Shown here piece after piece: positions 48,188-56,758 of a DNA stretch of 64,000 bases. The DNA is taken from the NCBI GenBank assembly GCA_963841885.1, contig CAWJEK010000016.1:30586-94585 (forward strand), read 5' to 3'. Every line of letters starts with the position of its first letter. Within the stretch, counting starts at the first letter, position 1. The position numbers and the translations under genes were made by a program. The stretch is from an uncultured Acidimicrobiaceae bacterium. GTDB taxonomy: Bacteria > Actinomycetota > Acidimicrobiia > Acidimicrobiales > RAAP-2. A model generated the notes under the pieces. The model was given only the letters and a program-made list of their open reading frames with translations, made no database searches and was not told where the DNA came from.

Positions 48188-49516
48188 TCACGTCGACCCG
48201 TTGCTCGACGGCGGCCCGGATCGTCCCGCACGAACCGGCTCGTGGACGTCCACAGGATACGGCTCATCGAGCAATGACCCACCGTGGTGGAGCGCGTCGC
48301 GCGAGAACCCCGCCGTCCGGCGATAGCCGTCGGTGACCTCCATGATCTCCTCGGGCGTGATCACCTCACCGATGTCGGCGAAGCCCTGTGGGGCGCGCTC
48401 CTCGACCAGCTTCATCGGAAGCTCCGGTCCGAGACCGCGGTTGGCCAGGACCACCGCGGATGTGGCGGGGCGTCGGACCCCCTCGTAACGGATCAGGGCT
48501 TCGTCGATGTCGTCGCCGTGCCGGCGGATGCAGCCGGCCAGTACCCGGGCGTCGAGAATGGCCTGCGAGGCACCGTTCGAGCCGATCGGGTACATCGGAT
48601 GGGCCGCGTCACCCAGCAGGGTCATGCGCCCGAACGTCCAACGTGGGATGGGATCCCGGTCCACCATCGGGAACAGGAAGGTCTCGGGGGCCGCCTCGAT
48701 GACGGCGGGCACGTCGATCCAGCCGAACGCCCAGTCCTCGAAATTCGGCAGGAAGTCGTCGAGTACGCCTCTCCGGTTCCAGTCCTCCCGCGAACCCAGG
48801 GTCGAATCGGGCAGGTGGAGTTCGGCGATGAAGTTGAGTTGCTGACGGCCGTCGGGCAGATCGGCGATCGGATAGCCCACGAACTTCTGCTCGGGATGCC
48901 CGGCCCAGATCATGGTCCGCCCGTCGAGGACGGGCGCGACGTCGGCCACGCCACGCCACAGGAGAGAGCCGTTCCACAGCAGAGGGCCTTCCGTGGGATA
49001 GTGCTGCGCTCTCGCGGTGCTGTGGATCCCATCTGCGGCGACGATGAAGTCGGCTTCGACTTCTCCGTCGTCGAACTCCACCACGCATGATCCGCGGCGG
49101 TCGAGCGCCCTGATGAACCGCCGACCCAGGTGGAGCGCGTCAGCGCCCATGCGATCGAACACCGCCCCGAGGAGCACCTCCTGCAGCACACCACGGTGGA
49201 TGGACAGCTGGGGCCAGGGATATCCGGCCGCCAGCCCGCGCGGTTCCCGCCAGATCTCCTGGCCACGCTTGGTGCAGTAGAGCAGGAGTGAGGATTCCAC
49301 CGACCGCTTGCGGAGATCCTCCATCAGGCCGAGGGCGTCGAGCTCCCGCACGGCGTGTGGCAGCAGGTTGATCCCGACCCCGAGGGGTCGTAGCTCACTT
49401 GTCGAATCGAACAGGTCCACCTCGACACCCACCTCGTGCAGGCTCAGCGCTGCGCTCAATCCTCCGATGCCGGCACCGACGACTGCGCAGCGAAGGCGGG
49501 ACGGACCGGGGCTCAC
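48188..49516 (-). CDS. FAD-dependent aromatic-ring monooxygenase (salicylate / 3-hydroxybenzoate hydroxylase-like)
   Basis: Dinucleotide fold VVGAGIGGLSAAL. A DG motif region and the GDAAHPMYPIGSNGASQAILD fingerprint. Confidence 0.8.
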   Translation of the reverse strand: MSPGPSRLRCAVVGAGIGGLSAALSLHEVGVEVDLFDSTSELRPLGVGINLLPHAVRELDALGLMEDLRKRSVESSLLLYCTKRGQEIWREPRGLAAGYPWPQLSIHRGVLQEVLLGAVFDRMGADALHLGRRFIRALDRRGSCVVEFDDGEVEADFIVAADGIHSTARAQHYPTEGPLLWNGSLLWRGVADVAPVLDGRTMIWAGHPEQKFVGYPIADLPDGRQQLNFIAELHLPDSTLGSREDWNRRGVLDDFLPNFEDWAFGWIDVPAVIEAAPETFLFPMVDRDPIPRWTFGRMTLLGDAAHPMYPIGSNGASQAILDARVLAGCIRRHGDDIDEALIRYEGVRRPATSAVVLANRGLGPELPMKLVEERAPQGFADIGEVITPEEIMEVTDGYRRTAGFSRDALHHGGSLLDEPYPVDVHEPVRAGRSGPPSSNGST

Positions 49517-49974
49517 AGCACTTCGTGGACGTGGATGTGGACCGTGTCCGCCTGGCGCGATCCGGTGGACACGGCTACCAGGTCGTTCAGTCGGGCCAGG
49601 CGGGGCGCCGACGTCGACAGGCGGACGAGGGTTCGAAAGTAGTAGGCGTCCGGGAGGACCGACTCACCCGCCGCGATCCGTGCCGCCACCTCGTCGGACA
49701 TCCGGCGGACGCCCTGGGACCGCACCTCGATCGCCTCGCCCGTCGCCGTCTCCAAGGTGTAGTGGGCGTCGATCTCGAGGCCACCGTCGGGTCGGAGGGT
49801 CTGCCAGTCGACACCCCCATCGAGGACGATCCCGTGGTCATCCTCCAGCTGGCCGTGCCCGGCAAACCTTCCACCCGCGAAGGGCACGAATCTACGTCCA
49901 CCTCCGATGTCGATGACGGGACGAACATCGACTTCGATCGCCATCAACTCCCGCAGCTCCACCGCCCGGATCAT
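49513..49974 (-). CDS. DUF3237-family protein
   Basis: ...GGGRRFVPFAGGRFAG......G.VLDGGVDWQTLRPDGGLEIDAHYTLET..GE.I.V.SQG pattern. 4-nt overlap with the monooxygenase gene. Confidence 0.7.
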   Translation of the reverse strand: MIRAVELRELMAIEVDVRPVIDIGGGRRFVPFAGGRFAGHGQLEDDHGIVLDGGVDWQTLRPDGGLEIDAHYTLETATGEAIEVRSQGVRRMSDEVAARIAAGESVLPDAYYFRTLVRLSTSAPRLARLNDLVAVSTGSRQADTVHIHVHEVL

Positions 49975-50170
49975 GGTCCGGCACCCCCTTTGCCCCGTTC
50001 GGATCGAGATCGACGTGCCCCGGGGCATTGTCGCACAGCGCCACTACCGCCCTCCGATGCGATGGCGGGTGACCCCCACCCCAGCCGTACGCCACCCCCG
50101 GCGGACGCCCAGGGCCGCTCCTGGCGCGTCGTGAGGGGCAGGCACCGGGGTCGCATCCCCCTCCCTCCGC

Positions 50171-50827
50171 TCAGTGACGGTCGGACGGCTCCCGTCCCGA
50201 CCGCGCCGGGCTCCCGGGGGATCCGGGCCGCCGCAGGCCGTCCTGCATGACCGCCAGCAGGCGACGGCTCCGGTAGTCGTCGGCCCGGGAGTGGCTGATC
50301 GAGTAGGCGGCCCCCGCGAGGAGAGCCATCACGTCGTCGACGCCGATGTCGCCCCGGACGGCGCCGGCCCGCTGGGCACGGCCGAGGAGGTCGTCCAGGA
50401 CGTCGACGAGCGAGCGGAGGACCGGCGCCTCGGGGAAGTGGAGGTGGACGCCCTCCGAGGAGAGCGTCTCCACGAGATCCCGCTTGCGGGCGCCTTCCCG
50501 GGCCAGCAACTCGACGAAGGAGAAGAAGGGGCGGCCGGGATCCGGATCGGCCGACAGGCGACGGGCCTCGTCGACCAGCTCCTCGATCCGGTCGAAGACG
50601 ACCGCCTCGAACAACGCCTCCTTGGTGGGGAAGTGCCGATAGACCGTCCCCGGCCCCACACCGGCCAGCCGGGCGATCTCGTCGAGCGAGGCGCCCGAGC
50701 CCTCGGCGGCAAAGGCGTCCCGGGCGGCTGCGAGGACACGGTCCCGATTGCGGCGGGCGTCGGCGCGCCGTGGGCGGGTCCGTGCTTCCTCGCCGGCGAT
50801 GGGCGCGGCGACGTCGGGTCGATCCAT
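50171..50827 (-). CDS. TetR-family transcriptional regulator
   Basis: HTH region RNRDRVLAAARDAFAAEGSGASLDEIARLAGVGPGTVYRHFPTKEAL. Start at the internal ATG (MDRPDV). Confidence 0.8.
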   Translation of the reverse strand: MDRPDVAAPIAGEEARTRPRRADARRNRDRVLAAARDAFAAEGSGASLDEIARLAGVGPGTVYRHFPTKEALFEAVVFDRIEELVDEARRLSADPDPGRPFFSFVELLAREGARKRDLVETLSSEGVHLHFPEAPVLRSLVDVLDDLLGRAQRAGAVRGDIGVDDVMALLAGAAYSISHSRADDYRSRRLLAVMQDGLRRPGSPGSPARSGREPSDRH

Positions 50828-50931
50828 CCGGCCCACCTTCCCACAGTCACGGCCAAACGGGGCGCTCGTTCCGTATAGGGTAAACGGGGCAGTCGTTCCG
50901 TTTCGACGAGCCACGAGCCGAGAGGGACCTC

Positions 50932-51402
50932 ATGAGCGAGCAGACCGATCAGCAGGACCTTCGGGACCTCGTCGAGCGCCAGCGGGTGGTGGACCTCGTC
51001 GACCGCTACGTGACCACCCTCGACCGGCCGAGCCGCTTCGATGCGGACTGGGCCCGCTCGTTGTTCACCGAGGGCGTGCGCCTCGAGCACGAGATCGCCG
51101 TACTCGAGGGCATCGAGGCGGTCGCGGCGGCCCATGACGTGGTCATGGGCCGCTGGGCGCGGACCCTGCATTTCAGCACCAACCACGTCATCGAGTTCGA
51201 CGGCGGGCGCGCCCGTCTGACCGCCCGGCTGATGGCGATCCACGTTCACCCCGGCGACGACCCCCCGGATCCGCTGATCGCCGCCAACCGCCTGGACGCG
51301 GATGCCGTGAAGACGGAGGACGGGTGGCGCTTCGAGCGGTTCGCTCCCCACACCGTCTGGCGGACAGGGCAGCCCGCCGCGGCGATCGGGGTGGACGGAT
51401 GA
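50932..51402 (+). CDS. nuclear-transport-factor-2 / SnoaL-like family protein
   Basis: VVDLVDRYVTTLD...H.STNHVIEFDG..A...A.L.A.H pattern. Divergent from the TetR gene. Confidence 0.65.
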   Translation: MSEQTDQQDLRDLVERQRVVDLVDRYVTTLDRPSRFDADWARSLFTEGVRLEHEIAVLEGIEAVAAAHDVVMGRWARTLHFSTNHVIEFDGGRARLTARLMAIHVHPGDDPPDPLIAANRLDADAVKTEDGWRFERFAPHTVWRTGQPAAAIGVDG

Positions 51403-51857
51403 CGGGTGGCGCCGCGGAGGAGGCGATGCCACTGTCAGCCGAACTCCGCGACCTGATCGAGGCCGGACCCATGGCCCACCTCAGCACCATCAACCCCGAT
51501 GGGAGCCCCCAGGTCACGGTCATCTGGATCGGCCTGGACGGCGACGACCTGGTGAGCACCCACATGCGCGACAACGTGAAGCTCCGGAACATCCGACGCG
51601 ACCCCCGCGTCGCCCTCTCGTTCGACGCACCTCGGGAGTCCGGCATCTGGATCAATCCGTACGCGGTCGTCTACGCCCGGGCGACGGTGGAGCCCAGCGC
51701 CCGCATCTGGGAGCTGATGGCCAGGCACGCGAAGACCTACGTCTCACCCGATGCCGTCGTGCCCGTCCCGGAGGGAGCCGAGCCCGGGTTCCTCGTCCGG
51801 TACACGATCACCCGGGTCGGTGGCATCGGCCCCTGGGTGACGGGTCCGGCCGCCTGA
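51399..51857 (+). CDS. PPOX-class probable F420-dependent enzyme
   Basis: AHLSTINPDGSPQVTVIW...HMRDNVKLRNIRRDPRVALS. ATGA overlap with the preceding gene. Confidence 0.7.
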   Translation: MTGGAAEEAMPLSAELRDLIEAGPMAHLSTINPDGSPQVTVIWIGLDGDDLVSTHMRDNVKLRNIRRDPRVALSFDAPRESGIWINPYAVVYARATVEPSARIWELMARHAKTYVSPDAVVPVPEGAEPGFLVRYTITRVGGIGPWVTGPAA

Positions 51858-51896
51858 CCCACCGATCCGCCCGACCGGTCCGCTGGTCGGGCGACG

Positions 51897-52025
51897 TCAC
51901 CGGCGCCCGGGCCGCCGGAGTCGCCGGTACCAGGGCCGGCCGTCGCCCGAGGTGCGCAGCAGCGTGTAGGTGACCATGTAGATCACCGCCAGCACGACGC
52001 CGAACGCACACCACCAGAACAGCAT
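51897..52025 (-). CDS. possible 42-aa single-TM peptide
   Basis: MLFWWCAFGVVLAVIYMVTYTLL plus a basic tail. AGGAG lies 7 nt upstream. No homology evidence is available to me. Confidence 0.25.
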   Translation of the reverse strand: MLFWWCAFGVVLAVIYMVTYTLLRTSGDGRPWYRRLRRPGRR

Positions 52026-52212
52026 CTCGAACTCCTGACCACGGACCGGTTCGGGACCATGGTGGCACGCACGGTCCGTCCGTAACCGGCGGCGCCCCGG
52101 TCGGCGCGGTCCCCACTCGACATGACGCCGGCACCGATGCCACGCGGGCCGTTCTCCCCGTGGATCAGAATGTCCCCGACCGTCCGCGGACGATGAAGGG
52201 TGGGCCGATGCG

Positions 52213-53199
52213 ATGAAGGTCACGATCCTCGACGACTACTCCGACACCGTCCGCACCCTGCCGTGCTTTGCGGCACTCGAAGGTCACGACGTCACCGTCT
52301 GGACCGATCACGTAGATGACCAGGAGGTACTCGCCACCCGGCTGGCCGACACGACGGCGCTGGTACTCATCCGGGAACGGACGGCGATCCGTGCCCCCCT
52401 CCTGCGGCGGCTGACCAACCTGCAGCTCATCAGCCAGCGGAGCGTCTATCCCCACATCGATGTCGACACCTGCACCGAACTCGGCATCGTCGTCTCGTCG
52501 AATCTCCACCAGGGGTCGCCGTCCTACGCCACCGCGGAGTTGACCTGGGGACTGGTGCTGGCCGCCCAGCGCCGGATCCCCCAGCAGGTCGCCTCCCTGA
52601 AGGCGGGTCGTTGGCAGGACGGCATCGGACAGTCGTTGCGGGGAAAGACGCTGGGTATCTACGGCTACGGCCGGATCGGGCGGGTCGTCGCCGAGTACGG
52701 CCGCACCTTCGGTATGTCGGTCGTCTTCTGGGCCAGCGAGGAGTCCCGGGCCCGGGCCCGGGCCGACCGCGCCGTCGTGGCCTCGTCACGGGAGGAGTTC
52801 TTCGGCCGGAGTGACGTGGTCTCGCTCCACCTGCGCCTGGTCGACGCCACCCGGGGGATCGTCACCCGATCGGACCTCGACCGCATGCAGCCGACCGCCC
52901 TCTTGGTCAACACCAGTCGGGCCGGCCTCATCGAGCCCGGGGCGCTGGTCGCCTCCCTGTCCGCCGGCCGGCCCGGGCTGGCGGCGGTCGACGTCTACGA
53001 GAACGAGCCGCTCACCGACGGGAGCGACCCGTTGCTGGCCATGGACAACGTGATCTGCACACCCCACATCGGCTACGTCACCACCGACGAGTGGGAGCTC
53101 CAGTTCTCCGACATCTTCGACCAGATCAACGCCTACGCGGCCGGTCGGCCGATCAACGTCGTGAACCCCGACGTGCTGAACCGTCCGCCGGGTCCCTGA
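52213..53199 (+). CDS. D-isomer-specific 2-hydroxyacid dehydrogenase
   Basis: NAD motif [17 protein letters not shown] and catalytic region [11 protein letters not shown]...TPHIGY. Confidence 0.8.
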   Translation: MKVTILDDYSDTVRTLPCFAALEGHDVTVWTDHVDDQEVLATRLADTTALVLIRERTAIRAPLLRRLTNLQLISQRSVYPHIDVDTCTELGIVVSSNLHQGSPSYATAELTWGLVLAAQRRIPQQVASLKAGRWQDGIGQSLRGKTLGIYGYGRIGRVVAEYGRTFGMSVVFWASEESRARARADRAVVASSREEFFGRSDVVSLHLRLVDATRGIVTRSDLDRMQPTALLVNTSRAGLIEPGALVASLSAGRPGLAAVDVYENEPLTDGSDPLLAMDNVICTPHIGYVTTDEWELQFSDIFDQINAYAAGRPINVVNPDVLNRPPGP

Positions 53200-53271
53200 C
53201 GTCCGGGGACTCGGCCGACCCCTCCAATACGATGGCCGGGTCACCGATGCCGACCGAGGAGGACCACCGAC

Positions 53272-54729
53272 ATGGCCCAGGAGCTGCGACCGGTGGACCC
53301 GTCCACCATCCCGGAGTTGTGCGGGCGCTTCGAGCCGGTGGGAAACGAGATCGACGCCGACGACCTGCCGGTCGAGGGCAGCCTTCCCGGCGACCTCACC
53401 GGCGCCTACTTCCGCAACGGCCCCAACCCCCGGTTCACGCCCCTCGGGAGCTACACGTACCCGCTGGAGGGTGACGCCATGGTCCACGGGCTCTGGATCG
53501 AGGACGGACGGGCCCGGTACGCCAACCGTTGGGTCCGCACCCAGGGCATGGCCGTCGAAGAGCGGGCCGGCCGCGCCGTCTACGGGGGTCTCCTCACGCC
53601 GGCGTTCGTGGACCCGGCCCTGCTCGGGCCCGATCCCGACCCCGGTTGGCCGACCCGGCTCGACCCGTTCGTCAACGTGGTCCGCCACGCCGGTCGCTAC
53701 CTGGCGCTCGAGGAAGGGACGCCCCCCTATGAGATCACCGGAGGTCTGGCCACCGTCGGGCGGTTCGACTTCGCCGGCGGGCTGCCGGCCGGTCTGTGTG
53801 CCCACCCGAAGATCGACCCCGACACCGGCGAGATGGTCGTGTTCCGCTACGACGTGGAGGAGCCCTTCCTCACCTGGGCGGTCGTCGGGCCCGACGGAGC
53901 CGTCACCCGGCCGCCCACGGTGGTGGAAGGGGTGGACGCCTCCTTCATGATCCACGACTTCGCCATCACCGAGCACCACCTCGTGCTGACCATCGGGCCC
54001 GCGGTCCTCGACATCGGGGCCATGATGACCGGCGGCGCGGTCCTGCAGTGGCGACCCGAACTCGGCACCCGGATCGCGGTGATCCCCCGCGACGGATCGT
54101 CGGGACCGATGTGGATCCACACCGAGGCGTTCTGGGTCTGGCACTTCGCCAACGCCTTCGAGTTGCCGTCTGTGACGGCACCGGCGGGGGGAGGCGAGCC
54201 CGCGGACGTCCGCATCGCCATCGACTTCCCCTGGTGGAGCCGCCTCCCTCGGGGGTCCACCGGATCCGGCGAACCGGTCCGGGGGGCCTTCACCCGGGCC
54301 ACCCTGCACCCGGCCCAGGGCACCCTCGAGCTCCACCATCTCGACTCCACAGCCAGCGAGTTCCCCCGGATCGACGATCGCCTCACCGGCCGGCACCACC
54401 GTTACCTGACGGTCGGCGGCCGGAGCGGATCGCACCAACTCGTCCCCGGCGAACACGACCGCCTCATCCGCTATGACATGGACACCGGCACGTCGGTGGG
54501 GTTCGACTGCGACGCCGTGATCGGCGAGGTCGCCTTCGTCCCCCGACCCGGAGGAACCGACGAACTCGACGGGTACTACATCACGTTCGCCTCGTCGCCC
54601 GACGAGGACCGCTCGGCGTGGGCCTACCTCTGGGACGCGTCGGAGTTCCCGGCGCCGCCCGTGGCCAGGGTGGCGATCCCCCAACGGGTGCCGAACGGGC
54701 TCCACGGCAACTGGTTCCCGGCCCCCTGA
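53272..54729 (+). CDS. carotenoid oxygenase family protein (carotenoid/stilbene cleavage dioxygenase-like)
   Basis: N-terminal LPGDLTGAYFRNGPNP, the MVHG, HPK.DP and HDFAITE histidine-containing blocks, and a C-terminal ...P.G.HG.W end. Confidence 0.8.
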   Translation: MAQELRPVDPSTIPELCGRFEPVGNEIDADDLPVEGSLPGDLTGAYFRNGPNPRFTPLGSYTYPLEGDAMVHGLWIEDGRARYANRWVRTQGMAVEERAGRAVYGGLLTPAFVDPALLGPDPDPGWPTRLDPFVNVVRHAGRYLALEEGTPPYEITGGLATVGRFDFAGGLPAGLCAHPKIDPDTGEMVVFRYDVEEPFLTWAVVGPDGAVTRPPTVVEGVDASFMIHDFAITEHHLVLTIGPAVLDIGAMMTGGAVLQWRPELGTRIAVIPRDGSSGPMWIHTEAFWVWHFANAFELPSVTAPAGGGEPADVRIAIDFPWWSRLPRGSTGSGEPVRGAFTRATLHPAQGTLELHHLDSTASEFPRIDDRLTGRHHRYLTVGGRSGSHQLVPGEHDRLIRYDMDTGTSVGFDCDAVIGEVAFVPRPGGTDELDGYYITFASSPDEDRSAWAYLWDASEFPAPPVARVAIPQRVPNGLHGNWFPAP

Positions 54730-54759
54730 CGGCTCCGGACGGCCCTCAAGGTCCCCGCC

Positions 54760-54786
54760 GATGACGACGATGACGACGATGACGAC
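54760..54786 (+). repeat. tandem repeat 3 x 9 bp (GATGACGAC)
   Basis: Perfect triplication read directly, between the oxygenase gene and the next membrane-protein gene. Confidence 0.9.
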
Positions 54787-54816
54787 AACATCTGATGTCG
54801 GACAGGAGAGGGTGAA

Positions 54817-55632
54817 GTGATGGCCGGTACGAATCCGACGGGTAAGGCGGTGCTCAGGGCCTCCCTCGAGCTGTTCCGACAGGACCGCCAGATGCTGTGG
54901 CTGCCCGTGCTGTCCACCGTCACCGCCCTCATCGCCTTCGCGGTCGTCACCGTCCCGATCGTGGCGTTCGCCGGCCACACCGGCTTCGCCGTGGTGATCG
55001 GCCTGGCGCTCGGTTCGGTGGTCGCCACCGCCGCCACCGTCATCTTCAACGTCGCGCTGTGCTTTGCCGCCACCGACCGGATCGAAGGGCGCCGACCGAC
55101 CGTCCAGGGGGCATTGGCCCAGGCCTGGCAACGCAAGGGCGTGATCTTCGAGTGGGCGATCCTGTCCGCCGTGGTCGGCACCGCCATCCGGACACTCGAG
55201 CAGCGCCTCGGACTGGTGGGGAGGATCATCGGCGTCGCCGGTGGACTGGCCTGGACCGTGGCCACCTACATGGTCATCCCCGTGCTCGCCTTCGAGAACG
55301 TCGGGCCCATCGACGCCCTCAAGCGGTCGTCGTCCATCTTCCGGGAGCGGTTCGGCACGGTGGCCCACGGGGCCCTGCGCTTCGGATTCCTCTTCGTCGG
55401 CCTGTCGCTGGCCGCCGTCGCCGTACTCGTCTTCGGGATCGTCATCTCGGCCGGCGGACTGGCCCCGCTGGGTGTCCCCATCGCCGTGCTCGGCTTCGCC
55501 GCCCTCATCGGGGTCGGCATGTATGCCTCGGCGGCCGGCATGTACATGCGGACGATCCTCTACCGCTTCGCCACCGGCCAGCCGATCCCGGATCTCGGTG
55601 TCGACGTCTCCCAGGTGTTCCGCCCACGGTAG
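54817..55632 (+). CDS. polytopic membrane protein, unknown function
   Basis: Six hydrophobic segments. RBS AGGAGAGGG lies before GTG 54817 / ATG 54820. Confidence 0.5.
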   Translation: MMAGTNPTGKAVLRASLELFRQDRQMLWLPVLSTVTALIAFAVVTVPIVAFAGHTGFAVVIGLALGSVVATAATVIFNVALCFAATDRIEGRRPTVQGALAQAWQRKGVIFEWAILSAVVGTAIRTLEQRLGLVGRIIGVAGGLAWTVATYMVIPVLAFENVGPIDALKRSSSIFRERFGTVAHGALRFGFLFVGLSLAAVAVLVFGIVISAGGLAPLGVPIAVLGFAALIGVGMYASAAGMYMRTILYRFATGQPIPDLGVDVSQVFRPR

Positions 55633-55671
55633 CGGAACCCCGTCGGCCGGGTTCGCACCCGGGACCCACCC

Positions 55672-56250
55672 GTGACGGACGGCGGTGGCCCACGGCCGGT
55701 CCCGCTCCGATTCCGGCCACTCGATCGGAGTGACTTCCCCCTCCTCGGCACCTGGCTGGCCGCGCCCCATGTCGCCCGGTGGTGGGCCGAGTCCGGGGAC
55801 CCGGACGCCCTGGAGTCCCGGTACGGGCCGACCGTCGACGGGACCGACCCGACCGAGGTGTTCATCGCCTCGCTCGACGGCCTGCCCGTCGGTCTGGTCC
55901 AACGCTACCGGTTCGGTGACGAGGCCGGGTGGGCGACGGCCCTCGCCCCCGCCGGCATCCCGTCGGACAGCTTCGGGATCGACTACCTGGTCGGGGACCC
56001 CGACCGCACCGGTCAGGGGCTGGGCCCGACCATGATCCGGGCCTTCGTCGACGACTCGTGGGATCGCTATCCGGGGTGCGGGGCCTGCGTCGTGGCCGTC
56101 CACGTCGACAACCGCCGGTCGTGGCGGGCCCTCGAACGTTGCGGATTCCAGCGCGACTGGATCGGCCGCCTCGACACCGACGATCCGGCGGACGACGGGC
56201 CTCAGGCCGTCTACGTGTTCCCTCGCCCGGCGGCGCGGCCGCCCGACTGA
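55672..56250 (+). CDS. GNAT-family acetyltransferase (Acetyltransf_8 / aminoglycoside-6'-type fold)
   Basis: LRFRPL...D.PLL..WL..PHV..WW... and DYL.GDPD..G.GLG... blocks. Confidence 0.7.
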   Translation: MTDGGGPRPVPLRFRPLDRSDFPLLGTWLAAPHVARWWAESGDPDALESRYGPTVDGTDPTEVFIASLDGLPVGLVQRYRFGDEAGWATALAPAGIPSDSFGIDYLVGDPDRTGQGLGPTMIRAFVDDSWDRYPGCGACVVAVHVDNRRSWRALERCGFQRDWIGRLDTDDPADDGPQAVYVFPRPAARPPD

Positions 56251-56256
56251 CCTACC

Positions 56257-56295
56257 GACCTCCGACCTCCGACCTCCGACCTCCGACCTCCGACC
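56257..56295. repeat. heptanucleotide tandem repeat (GACCTCC) x 5 plus a partial unit
   Basis: Read directly. It starts 7 nt after the GNAT stop codon. The minus strand reads (GGAGGTC)n. Confidence 0.9.
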
Positions 56296-56356
56296 GACCG
56301 GTCGACCAGGGCCCCGACCCCGGACCCGGCCGTCGGTCACTCCCGACGTAACTACC

Positions 56357-56387
56357 GCGTAAAGAACCAGGTGTTGCGCGTAAAAGA
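56357..56387 (+). promoter_or_regulatory. direct repeat GCGTAAA(A)GA x 2 in the only AT-rich patch upstream of the kdp operon (candidate KdpE/promoter site)
   Basis: CGCGTAAAGA at 56357 and CGCGTAAAAGA at 56378 (21-nt spacing), about 110 nt upstream of the first kdp-operon ORF. The function is inferred only. Confidence 0.3.
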
Positions 56388-56492
56388 GGCGCAAAGTCCT
56401 CTACCCACCGTCATCCGGAGGTGTGAACGTGGGTCACGTGACACCAGCGAACCCCGTCGGATCCACCGCCGACGTCCCCTCAGGAGGCTCCC

Positions 56493-56669
56493 GTGACTGA
56501 CGTCATCTTCCTGGCGATCTTTGTCGTGTTCTTCGCGCTCATGGTCGCCCTCGTCCGCTTCTGCGAGTCCGTCGTCGGCAAGGAGGACGTGGCGGACCCG
56601 GTCGCGACACCGGAATCCGGGACCGGGACCGACAACGAGACCACCGTCCCCGAGGAGGTGCCGGCATGA
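56493..56669 (+). CDS. 58-aa membrane protein encoded as the first cistron of the kdp operon
   Basis: GTG start with AGGAGG 6 nt upstream. One TM helix (VIFLAIFVVFFALMVALV) and an acidic tail. ATGA overlap with kdpF. Confidence 0.4.
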   Translation: MTDVIFLAIFVVFFALMVALVRFCESVVGKEDVADPVATPESGTGTDNETTVPEEVPA

Positions 56670-56758
56670 AGAGCTACGACAACCTGGTCGGCCTGATCAT
56701 CTCGATCCTGGTCACCGCCTACCTGATCTACGCACTCGTCGCCCCCGAGAAGCTCTGA
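56666..56758 (+). CDS. kdpF: K+-transporting ATPase subunit F
   Basis: 30-aa hydrophobic peptide MKSYDNLVGLIISILVTAYLIYALVAPEKL immediately upstream of kdpA (TGATG overlap). Confidence 0.7.
   Translation: MKSYDNLVGLIISILVTAYLIYALVAPEKL

Noticed and set aside
52786-56394. The longest uninterrupted ORF in this part of the window (1202 aa, minus strand)
   Set aside because: It is antisense to four well-supported plus-strand genes (2-hydroxyacid dehydrogenase, carotenoid oxygenase, membrane protein, GNAT). It is Arg/Gly/Pro/Asp-rich with no recognisable motif. This is the usual stop-codon-poor antisense artefact of high-GC DNA. The same applies to 393..1943, 3946..5427, 8594..9358, 14318..15859, 24209..25459, 58158..60344 and 62755..63957.
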